Origin: Mayamaea pseudoterrestris
Taxonomy: Eukaryota
Assembly (NCBI GenBank): GCA_027923505.1
Contig: BROI01000013.1
Location: forward strand, 124,001 to 188,000
DNA length: 64,000 bases
Direction of reading: 5' to 3'
Shown here: piece by piece, positions 21,227-32,000 of the stretch
Layout of the letters: each line of letters opens with the position of its first letter
Numbering within the stretch: position 1 is the stretch's first letter
The notes under the pieces: generated by a model
Database searches by the model: none
What the model saw: the letters and a program-made list of their open reading frames with translations, nothing else
What the model was told of the DNA's origin: nothing
Translations under genes and position numbers: made by a program

Positions 21227-23608
21227 TCAGTACAGCTCCTTTGTCGCATCTCTTCGAATTACACCCTCGCGAATCAAAGCTTCAGCAAACATCTGCGCTT
21301 CACTCGTAGCCAAATCCCCACTGGCCATTCGTGCGAGTTCCAGTCGCCGCTCACTCTTATCAACCTCCGTGACATTAACGACTGTTCTTGGGCCAACTCC
21401 CTTGTTAAACTCGTCGATATTATACGACTTTCTGACCACCAAATGGAGATCAGCAAGAGCACCAACCGGCGGGCTGTGTGTGATTGCCACTATTTGGCAG
21501 TTGCGTGCCTGAGAAGCAAGCATAGTTGCCAACGCGTTGGCTGCTGAACCGCCCACGTGGGCGTCAATCTCGTCGTAGATGACGGCGATCGGTGGTACAG
21601 ACGGTAACAACGCCCCGCCATGCAAGTTCCTCCGCCTAACAGCGCCAACGCAGCCAGGTAGCGAACTTTCTAAAGCCAACAGAAAGCGAGACTTTTCGCC
21701 TGAGCTCGCCACATCATGCACGTCACCACCCATTTCACTGCTACGTTCTGTCCACAGTTTAAATGCTATGGACTCTGCATAATTAGCGCCGCTCGAGACC
21801 GACGCGTCCGTAAGTGATCGAATCTGCAGTAGTTCGATGCACAAATTGGTAGTTTCCATCGACAGAGACGGCAGGCGATCTGTCACATCTTTCTCCAGCT
21901 GCTTGACAACGTGGTCTCGTGCCAGCAACAGGTTGTGACCTGCCTCATGATAAATTTCAAGCGCTTGTTTCTCGTCAGCAAGGATCATTGGTAATAACTC
22001 ACGCGCCCTAGTGCCACCATCTCGTTGTTGCTGCAGCTGGGCATGACAGAAAGGGAGTTGATAACTCGTCACACCGTGCTTGCGGGCAAGGCTGCTCCAG
22101 TCACAAATCAATGACTCGATCTGATCCGCCCCAATGGCGCAGCTTGAGCGTTCCCTTTCCAAACCCTTTAAAAGTCCCTTTTCATCGTCTTCTATAAATG
22201 TGCTGCAATCTACCAAGGCTGTTTCTATTTCATTTAACATGTCATGTATTCGCTCAGCTGCTGCAGCGCCTGGTAATATTTCTTTCTCGTCTGGAGTCAT
22301 CGAGTGAGCAGCAGTCACATCGTATAAATGCTTTCGAGCCCGCTCCATGGCCGTCATGGCCGATTTTTCGGTCGACAACGACCCGAGTGCATCAATCACA
22401 AGTAGTGCGCTGGCTATTCGTCCGTCAAGTTCTAGTATATTGTCGCGTAGCAAGCATAAGCGTTCCAAAAGTGCCGAACGAAAGATTCCGTCTTTACCCA
22501 CATCATCATTCCATTTCGTCCTTGAAATTCCATAAGAAATGCCTGCCAGTACGCTATTGTGCGAAAGATCTTCCACGCCAGGTGAAAGTGATTCGCAGAA
22601 ACGTTGGATACGTAGTTCCAGCGCATCCAATTCGGCAATGTAATGACCGAGCAGTTCCATGTCCTTCTCATGAACCTCCATACCTCCAAACAGCTTCGAA
22701 CCATTCGCTGTCAATTCATACTCCATCTGCTCCCTCTTCTGCCGACACAATTGATATCGCTCGCGCGCAAAATGATAGGTTTCGAGAATGCTTGGCGCAA
22801 CGCCAGTATCGATTATCGCTAGTCGAGCATCCTCGTTGGCCAGACCCGCCGCCGCTGCGGACGCATCTACAACCACCAGTAATGGTTGCGAAATGGAAGC
22901 CATGTCCTTCAGCGTTGTGACTTGTCCATTGACGCGACAAACAGACTTGAGTCGAGGCCTTCCTAAAACAGAATTGCTTCGCGTCTGCAAGTGAAGGGTT
23001 CGCTCGAGAATAAGCTCATGATGTTGCGTCAACGAGCTGACATCCAGTCCGAGTTTCTCAAAGGCCTGCGAAATTGCAGCTAAATGAGGTTCGGCGAGAC
23101 GAATCTGAACCTTGACGGAGGCAGAGGCAGCTCCTGGTCGAAGCAGCGACGCCGATGCTTTGGCGCCACATATAAGTTCGAGCGTCTTGGCCAGCAATAA
23201 GCTCTTCCCGGAGGCCGAATTTCCTGTGACTGCGACAAAACAGCTATCGTCTCGAAAGTGAATGACAATGTCATTGCTCTCGTGACTGACGAAACCTCCT
23301 AGATTCGTTGCCGTGATGGATGCAATGCGACTCCGACAATTGCGAGGTGTTAATGAGAAGCTGGGCGCAGACGAAATCGGCTCTTCCATTAACCCGCGAG
23401 TAGATTGATCTGGGCAGTAAATCATTACATGCGAAGATGCCCTTGCGTTTTGATGGTACGACGTTTTTACAGGAAAGATGCGACGGCTTGATGCGAAAAA
23501 GGGCTGCAAGTGCAACTGCAACTGCTGGGAGTAAAATCCGTCCACCGTCTGGAGCAGCAGCAGCAGCAAGGGAGTAGCCGCCACTAATCTGAAAGAAAAG
23601 AGACGCAT
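21227..23608 (-). CDS. recN: Bacterial-type DNA repair protein RecN, likely plastid-targeted
   Basis: Walker A VTGNSASGKSLL, signature ASSGEKSR, Walker B YDEIDAHVGG, ITHSP..A.AD.HLVV.K, RRLELARMASG. Presequence MRLFSF..LLLLLLQTVDG-F. Confidence 0.9.
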   Translation of the reverse strand: MRLFSFRLVAATPLLLLLLQTVDGFYSQQLQLHLQPFFASSRRIFPVKTSYHQNARASSHVMIYCPDQSTRGLMEEPISSAPSFSLTPRNCRSRIASITATNLGGFVSHESNDIVIHFRDDSCFVAVTGNSASGKSLLLAKTLELICGAKASASLLRPGAASASVKVQIRLAEPHLAAISQAFEKLGLDVSSLTQHHELILERTLHLQTRSNSVLGRPRLKSVCRVNGQVTTLKDMASISQPLLVVVDASAAAAGLANEDARLAIIDTGVAPSILETYHFARERYQLCRQKREQMEYELTANGSKLFGGMEVHEKDMELLGHYIAELDALELRIQRFCESLSPGVEDLSHNSVLAGISYGISRTKWNDDVGKDGIFRSALLERLCLLRDNILELDGRIASALLVIDALGSLSTEKSAMTAMERARKHLYDVTAAHSMTPDEKEILPGAAAAERIHDMLNEIETALVDCSTFIEDDEKGLLKGLERERSSCAIGADQIESLICDWSSLARKHGVTSYQLPFCHAQLQQQRDGGTRARELLPMILADEKQALEIYHEAGHNLLLARDHVVKQLEKDVTDRLPSLSMETTNLCIELLQIRSLTDASVSSGANYAESIAFKLWTERSSEMGGDVHDVASSGEKSRFLLALESSLPGCVGAVRRRNLHGGALLPSVPPIAVIYDEIDAHVGGSAANALATMLASQARNCQIVAITHSPPVGALADLHLVVRKSYNIDEFNKGVGPRTVVNVTEVDKSERRLELARMASGDLATSEAQMFAEALIREGVIRRDATKELY

Positions 23609-23937
23609 GTTGTCTCGTTTGATTGCTTCGTAAAAGCTACAGTAAGTCAGTGAGGGACGGCATGATTGAACCACAAGAATGGGTTGCAGAAAAGAGCGGC
23701 GACGATCATGATTACCAGCTACTACTATGTATTTATTTGACTGTGAATTGACAGTGAGAACATGAGTCATCGAGGCAATAGCAAGAATTGGCTACCATTG
23801 AAAACACGTCATCCAGGCAATAATATGAAGAAGCTGAAAAAGAGAGCTGACGAGTATTCACTATCTATCGTTTGTCCGTCGACCGAGCGGCTCGACGCGA
23901 GTGTGCCTTGCTCGTCCCCATTCTTTGAGTTGTCACC

Positions 23938-25506
23938 ATGGCGGACGCAGACCCAGCAAGAGCGACACCTACTGGCAAGAAGGAAGCAACGCCAGCGCAG
24001 AGGGCGTTTCACCGCAAGGTTCGACGGGAAGCATACTTGACGTCGGGCTTTGAGAACGAGTCGGAGAAGACTCGCGTGGTGGAAGCCTTCTATTCTGTAG
24101 TTTGGCCCCAGCTTGAAGAAATTGGATGGCGCAAGGTGAGACTTTGCGATATTGTTTCAATAGCTGGAAACTATTGGGCATCAAGCGATTAATTTCTTTG
24201 TTTTCAATGCATCGTTTCTACGCAGCTTGACGACGGTGAAAAAATTCGGTTCGAGTCGAGCGACAGGGACGTTGTATTGGAGCGAATCTTTGACATTATC
24301 TCGCACATCAAGTCCAAACGATCGTTTGCGGAAATTTCAAAGGCCTTCAAAGCAACATTGAACGGATTGATCGAATCGGAGGAGACATTCACTCGGCGAC
24401 CGCGGCTGCAAGCGTCGTCGTCGCCGCCGCCGCCGCATGGTCGCAAGCTTCCAAAGAGCATTTTACCAAGTCCACCGAGCTCGCCAAACACATTGGCTTG
24501 GAAGTTTGCCGGCCGAGAATTTCCAAGACGATGCAGCCAGATTGGTCCGCAGCATCAAGCGACGAAAATACCAAAAGCGGGAACGTTGATGGAGGAAGGA
24601 GAACTGTTAAGGTATTTTTGCTACCGTAGTTTGAAAGACTGTTTTGCTTCCAGTACTTGTACAGTTTTCATACCTTACTTTCCAATTACTTCAAATCGTA
24701 CGCACAGCGCCATTCTGATCTGGTCTCCAGAGCAAGCAGGCAGCAAGGGTCTATCCATGGAAGCGGCGGACACCTTGCTTAATCAAGTTCCAAAGAATGT
24801 CAAGGAACCTGCTCTCTTTATGCTCGCCGACAAGGATTATGATGCCCAAGCCTTTCAAGAGAGCGCTACAACACTTCTGCCAACAGATGGATCGGACTGG
24901 AGTGAGGCTCGCATGACGCACTTTCGCAACGAGCTTTTTAGACAACGCAAGGATATAGCAGGCGTTGCCAAGATCATGGGTGTCTCCGTTCAAACTGCAT
25001 ACAATGTCTACTTGGCGCGCTTCAAGTTTTCCGACGACTATCGCTTGCTAAAAGTCATCATGCAGGAAGAGTTTACGCAACGCAACGAATTTTACGAGCA
25101 TGAAGTGGATCAATGCGTCATTTGCGGCGATGGAGGCAACTTGCTGATTTGCGATGGGTGTGAAGGCGAATATCACATGGAATGTGTTCGCCCTCCTTTG
25201 CAAAAGGTTCCGGAAGGTAGCTGGGAATGCGACGAATGTGTCGACAAGCGTTTGCTGGCGGCACGAGACTTGCTGGTGCGAACGACGGGCCTCTTCCAGC
25301 TGATGGACAACAAAAAGGTGGATGTCAATACAACGCCGCCAATGAAACGAGCAAAGTTGCAGCATTCAGTTTACGAGCCGTTGGATGAGGTGATTACTAC
25401 GTGCCGCAACATGGCCTTGACAATTTGCGAAGCGTTCAGGGGGATTGCCGACGCCAACGAGGCGACGCAAGCTGTGGTTGTCAGTGCCAATGTAGAATCA
25501 CTATAA
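23938..25506 (+). CDS. Chromatin protein with ELM2/SANT-like region and PHD finger
   Basis: SQIGPQHQA (ELM2-like), WSEARMTHF (SANT-like), CVICGDGGNLLICDGCEGEYHMECVRPPLQKVPEGSWECDEC. Intron 24136-24225 and probable in-frame intron 24612-24707. Confidence 0.87.
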
Positions 25507-25555
25507 GCGCATGTCTGTGAGTGCAATCGCAATTAACTAATTAAATGAGAATAAT

Positions 25556-26530
25556 TCAGCTTAATCGATGCAGCATCCGAAACGTGCTTTTAGTGGTTGT
25601 AGTGATAATGCAAGGCGATGATTCACATTCAATCGCACGAAACTCCACAGCGCTCAAAATTGGATCATTTGTAGAAGAGCATCTCAAAAGAATTGGAAAA
25701 GCAAGAGTGCTTGACAATGAAGTTGGCTTCCATAGCTTCATCTCGGCGCCCATCATTATGGAACTTTCCTTGATCAAGGACGACAGAGTAAATTTTATCA
25801 TTCGCCGCGTCGGGTCCCAAAGACCTAATCCTTGGGGTGATGGTAGAATCTTAATCGATGATTCATCTACTGCTTCCGGTATACACAAGGCAACGGTAAA
25901 GTCTTTCATGTCTCCCATATTAGTTAGCTTGCTGCGGATTTGAGCGGCAACTCGACAGTACGTGCCGTTCACAGTCACCTTGCGTTCGAGTAAAATAGGC
26001 ATGTGCTCCACGTGCTGAAAGCTTGTGTAGCGAAGAATGGGAATGTACTGATCAGTTGTGTTTGCCGGAACCTTTACGACCAGAGACAAGGTGCCATCTT
26101 CATGTCCATTGTCTAACTGTTGCAAGGTTGAGTATCGCGTATCGGGTTGGACGTCGACATTCTCCGGCAAATCATTGAACGGTAATCTGAAAGGAAGCAT
26201 ATGCTGAGCTTCATGTTGCACCAAGACGTATAACGTTCCTTGTATGGAACAATTGGACGCTCCTTCCTTTTCTGTTCCTTGTGCGGCATTCGATGCGACT
26301 TCTTCGTGTCTCAAGAATTGAATTTTCAGCGCAGGGCGCGCGGACGGTGACAGTAAAGATGAAGCAGTGCATTGAGCAGTAGAGATTCTAAAAGGATCAA
26401 AACTCTCGAAAGACGACTGATGCATGATAACTTGCGATGGCTTGCCATCTTGATTGGCGTTTCCGAAATGAAAGTGTTGCACACCAAAGCGATTAATTCG
26501 TCCATCCGTTGCACTCATTGGCATTGGCAT
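25556..26530 (-). CDS. Mu-homology domain (muniscin/adaptin-like) protein
   Basis: 324-aa ORF; LRHEEV, PILRY, MPIL, G.WD...R.I.F pattern typical of beta-sandwich MHD. Family call is tentative. Confidence 0.55.
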   Translation of the reverse strand: MPMPMSATDGRINRFGVQHFHFGNANQDGKPSQVIMHQSSFESFDPFRISTAQCTASSLLSPSARPALKIQFLRHEEVASNAAQGTEKEGASNCSIQGTLYVLVQHEAQHMLPFRLPFNDLPENVDVQPDTRYSTLQQLDNGHEDGTLSLVVKVPANTTDQYIPILRYTSFQHVEHMPILLERKVTVNGTYCRVAAQIRSKLTNMGDMKDFTVALCIPEAVDESSIKILPSPQGLGLWDPTRRMIKFTLSSLIKESSIMMGAEMKLWKPTSLSSTLAFPILLRCSSTNDPILSAVEFRAIECESSPCIITTTTKSTFRMLHRLS

Positions 26531-26809
26531 GACTTGACGTTCGACGGATTATATGGCGATTTTTCTTAGCCCGCAATCTGCGGTATGAAACCTATAGAGT
26601 TATCGTTCTGTTAAACGTCTATATATAAGTCTACGACTATGGCACCAGTAACTTTGTTGGACTGTCGGACTTCATCGCGTCTTTGGTAACATTATTTTTG
26701 AATTTTGTCACAACGTCCGTTGGGTTTTTTCACACGATTGAAATTGTTGCATTCGCACAATCATGCCACCCAATTCCCAAACAACATGGCAACAACACCA
26801 TAGCCAAGT

Positions 26810-28692
26810 TATGTGTTACAAGATGGTATGCCTGGCTGGTGTCTCAGGGGATGGCAATGTATTTGGTGACAACTTGTCACCAGTCTCTGCCCGCAGATGC
26901 TGTGACATTGAAATGCCCCTACAGCAAGCCCTGTAGGTGCCCAAATCACACCAGAATGGTGCCAACATCATTGTTCAGTCTGTGCTACAATGGGTTTGCC
27001 TAGTTGGTGTCTGTGTAGACTGCAATGTGACTGGTGAGAACTTGTCACCAGTCTCAGCCCACAGATGCCGTGACTTTCAAACACACCTACAGCAAGCCCT
27101 GTAGGTGCCCAAATTACACAAAAATAGTGCCAATATAAATTATGAGGCTGAGCTACAAGATGGTAAGCTTGGCTGGTGTCTCAGGGGATGGTAATGTATT
27201 TGTTGACAACTTGTCACCAGTCTCAGCTCGCAGATGCCGTGACATTCAAATGCCCCTACAGCAAGCCCTGTAGGTGCCCAAAATACACCAGAATGGTGCC
27301 AACATCATTATTCAGGCTGCGCTACAAGATGGTAGGCTTGGCTGGTGTCTCAGGGGATGGCAATGTATTTGGTGACAACTTGTCACCAGTCTCAGCCCGC
27401 GGATGCCGTGACATTCAAATGCCCCTACAGCAAGCCCTGTAGGTGCCCAAAATACACCAGAATGGTGCCAACATCATTATTCAGGCTGCGCTACAAGATG
27501 GTAGGCTTGGCTGGTGTCTCAGGGGATGGCAATGTATTTGGTGACAACTTGTCACCAGTCTCAGCCCGCAGATGCCGTGACATTCAAATGCCCCTACAGC
27601 AAGCCCTGTAGGTGCCCAAAATACACCAGAATGGAGCCAGCATCATTATTCAGGCTGCGCTACAAGATGGTAGGCTTGGCTGGTGTCTCAGGGGATGGCA
27701 ATGTATTTGGTGACAACTTGTCACCAGTCTCAGCCCGCAGATGCCGTGACATTCAAATGCCCCTACAGCAAGCCCTGTAGGTGCCCAAAATACACCAGAA
27801 TGGAGCCAGCATCATTATTCAGGCTGCGCTACAAGATGGTAGGCTTGGCTGGTGTCTCAGGGGATGGCAATGTATTTGGTGACAACTTGTCACCAGTCTC
27901 AGCCCGCAGATGCCGTGACATTCAAACGCCCCTACAGCAAGCTCTGTAGGTGCCCAAAATACACCAGAATGGTGCCAACATCATTATTCAGGCTGCGCTA
28001 CAAGATGGTAGGCTTGGCTGGTGTCTCAGGGGATGGCAATGTATTTGGTGACAACTTGTCACCAGTCTCAGCCCGCAGATGCCGTGACATTCAAACGCCC
28101 CTACAGCAAGCCCTGTAGGTGCCCAGAATACACCAGAATGGTGCCAACATCATTATTCAGGCTGCGCTACAAGATGGTAGGCTTGGCTGGTGTCTCAGGG
28201 GATGGCAATGTATTTGGTGACAACTTGTCACCAGTCTCAGCCCGCGGATGCCGTGACATTCAAACGCCCCTACAGCAAGCCCTGTAGGTGCCCAAAGTAC
28301 ACCAGAATGGTGCCAGCATCATTATTCAGGCTGCGCTACAAGATGGTAGGCTTGGCTGGTGTCTCAGGGGATGGCAATGTATTTGGTGACAACTTGTCAC
28401 CAGTCTCAGCCCGCAGATGCCGTGACATTCAAACGCCCCTACAGCAAGCCCTGTAGGTGCCCAAAATACACCAGAATGGTGCCAACATCATTATTCAGGC
28501 TGCGCTACAAGATGGTAGGCTTGGCTGGTGTCTCAGGGGATGGCAATGTATTTGGTGACAACTTGTCACCAGTCTCATCCCGCAAGATGCTTGTGCATTT
28601 CGTAACGCCCCTACAGCAAGCCCTGTAGGTGCCCGAATACACCAGAATGGTGCCATTTGTCAGGCTGCGCTACACGATGGTAGGCTCGGCTG
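26810..28692. repeat. 169-bp satellite, left block (~11 monomers; outermost two degenerate)
   Basis: Exact 169-bp period (27176, 27345, 27514, ...). Confidence 0.97.
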
Positions 28693-29068
28693 CGGCTGCA
28701 ACGATTCCTCACCCTCTGTAGTCGGTTTCCAAGTGAGCGGGATGATCAGTCCTTTACCTTGGTTTATCCTACAGGGGTCTTATCCTACAAAACGCTAGTT
28801 GATTAAGCAGTTCTCTAGAAAGTGAGTTGATTTACGATCGGTCGAGAAAGAGCGATTGATCAGATGGCTCTTTCAAGACCATTCACGATAGTGAATACTA
28901 ATCTTGTTTAATCGTGCCTGCGGCTGGCACACATGCAATATTTCAATGACGTAGTTGTGAGTAGATGTCTTTTCTGGTACCGCAACGGAGGTTCGAGTAC
29001 TATGCTCGTGCGCCCCCGGCGACGTCTAGGTTCGCGTCAAGCGACTGGACTAGATCGTCATTGTGACA
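28693..29068 (-). repeat. 3' LTR (outer ~105 bp not recognisable)
   Basis: 376-bp match to 35560-35935; preceded on the minus strand by PPT AAGGGGAG (29069-29076). Confidence 0.93.
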
Positions 29069-32000
29069 CTCCCCTTGTAGGTGTGCCAGGACAGGTGTAA
29101 GCTCAATGAGCTCCCCTGGAGTCGGCTCCCCTTGAGGCAGTGACGGGTCCATAAGGTAGAATTCGAGTTCTCCAGGATCCAAGGTTTCGCCACGCCAGAA
29201 CAGTAATGGTTTGAGTAGGGGCCATGCGTCGATGTAGGGTAGGTATTTGGTAAGCGCGTCGGAAGCGTTTTCCTTGCCAGCAATCTTGACGAACTTGATA
29301 ATTCCGGCTGCTACACACCACCGGATACGGTGATATGCGAGGGCATTGTGGCGCTTGGTGAGTGTGGATGTAGGCACTGTACACTGCGTGATGACTGATT
29401 GGTTATCACCGAGTAGCCATGATGAGGACTCGATGGGAACACCCATTGCCATGAGTGACGCGCGTATGCCTAGGATATGGTCGGTTGCAACGCGTCCGCT
29501 CATGAGTTCAGAGCCAAAGGTCGCGTGTTCGACGGTATCTTGAAGTTTGGCAAACCACTTGAACGGAGTCTGCTGAATGAAGTGAAGGATTCCAGTGCAT
29601 GCTTTGCCGGTGACTTTGCAATGCATCAGGTTGGCATCTTTGAGGGTAGTAAGGCGAACTGTCTTGCCCTTTGGTTTCGGCCAGAGTGAAAGGACCTCTT
29701 CCTTGGGGTTGTCGTAGACGGTTTGTTGCCAGTCATAGGTTGGTGAGTCGCCGAAGATGATTTCGTTCTGCGGCCACTGGGTGCGAAAGCGGATGGCTGC
29801 CTCGGGAAACTTGCGAAGGTAGCCGCATACACGCTTGACTCGGTCGAGGTGTCCAATGCGAGGCTGTCCGCGGAAGCGTGACAGGCAGGCGGTGGCACTG
29901 CAGATATCGAATCGGCCAAGGGTGATCGCCCACTGAAGGGCTCCGACAAACGATTGGTAGATCTTGATGTCCGACTCCCCTAAAAGAGACGTCTGGTCGA
30001 GTTCCGGGTGGTCATGAGAGTCGAGTGGAGAGCTGTACTTTGGTGGTGGTCCGTTGAATGTACGCTCGTAGTTGGCTAGAAGCTTGGTGATGTAGGTCTT
30101 GGTGCCCCAGAATAATGTTCCGTCAGGGTCGCGTCCGAAGTCGCCGCCTAGATGGTACTCTGGGCATCCGACGCCCTTGAGCTTGAACTTGTACTTGTTG
30201 CGAAGAATGTCGTAGAATGCGCCCGGGTCAATCATGATTGCCATAAGGTCGTCGACGTAAGTGCAAATGTATTCGTAACAATGGCCAGCATCGCGAATCC
30301 AAACGTCTGGATCGGCGTACGAGGCTTTGAAGCCTTCCGCTCGTAGCGCGTCCGCGAGCCGCTCGTGGAATCGTGCTCCGCTTGTGCGTAGGCCGTAGAG
30401 TGCTTTGTAGATGATGAGTGTGTGGCCTTCCAAGTCGCCGAACTCAGGTCCAGCGATGAAGTAAATCTTTTCTTTGGTTTTGGCTTCGAGGTAAGCATTT
30501 CCGATGTCGCCTACCATGGGAGTGAGTCCATTCAACTCCCCTATCGCCAGCGCTAGGCGCAGCGATTCGAGTGAAACGACGCTCGAGTATGAGTCGTCGA
30601 CAGGATCAGTAAGGTGTCCACCAGCAACCATCCGAGCCTTGTGACGAAAGTCTTGCTTGCAGTCGTAGACCCAGATAGTGCGAATCTTTTGATAGCCTTC
30701 GGGAGGCGCGGCATTCAATCCGAGATCAATGAAGGTGTCGTATTCGAACAGGCTTGACAGCTCTACCTTCTCCGCGTCGGTCCATTTGGTATGCCGGAGT
30801 TCTTCTTGGAACTTTCGAGCTTCCTTTGGATCGCGTGGTACCTTGACGCCGAACTTGTGTCGAATGCTGCGTCGTTGCTTGGCTTGGTTTACGGTTCGAC
30901 GGGCGATACGTGCGCGTCGGGCTGCGTCACGTAGGAACTTCCAGCCTTTCTTGTTGAGTAGTCCGTTCGCCTCGGCGTAGCGAGCGCAGGAAATGATGTC
31001 GTCGCGTGCTAAAGCGTTCAATGGCTCCCAAGTCGTTGAGTTGTCTTCCCACACGACTTTGATGTTATACATGGAGCCTTTCCATCCGTCGGATTGCTTT
31101 GTGAGTGGCCCTTCGTGCGATAGGATTGCTTTAAACGTCCAGTTGTGTTCAGGATCGTTTACCTTTGCTGCTTGGTCCTTTTCGAACAATTCGCAGAGTC
31201 GGATGTAATCGATGACTTCTTCAGCTTCGTTTTCGCCGATTTTGAGTAGGAACTTGATGTTATGATGGTTGGCTGCGTCCATGGTTTCGAGCTTGCGAAC
31301 GATTTCGGCTCGCATGGGCTCCCCATCCTGAGTATGCCAAGTAAACGTTTGATTGACAAGTTCTTCAGGTGAGAATGCAGGTAGTAAATCGATTGGTCCG
31401 CGTGGATGCGCTTGAGGACGGGCTGATGGCGGCCGCTGGTAGGGACTGCTTCCGACGAATGGTTCATCTCCGAAGTAGAACTCGGGTCCGTCGTCGGCCG
31501 TTTCAGTAGGAACGGGTTCATCAGTGGGTAGCCCCTCTTCTTCGGAGCTTTGGGTGCCGAGTTGGAAGCTCTCTTGGAGTCCACCTTCGGTGTATACGAA
31601 CATGTCGCCTTCGGGAGAAGCTTCGACTTGTGGTAAATCAAGACGGATGTTTGGATTAAGATCGTCTCGACGAGCCGTTACAATGCTTCGGGCGACAACT
31701 TGATGTGTTTCCTCGTCCAAGACCCAGTACGTTAGAGCATCACCGACGTTATCAGCTACCCCGACGAAACGTCCAGCGCGCTCATTGGTTTGGTTGAGCG
31801 ATGTAGAGTTTGCGCTGTATCGAACGGGCTGCCACCAGTGGAAGTTGAGGTAGGCAGAGATATCGGGTACTTCATTGTATACCTTTTGATATGGGGTCAT
31901 GCCACCGAGACGTGACTGGGACATGAGGGCGAGTAGAGCTACGATGTGTAGAGTGCATAGCAGCCAGGTTGGTGCAGGCGATCCGGTTCGATCCATGTTG

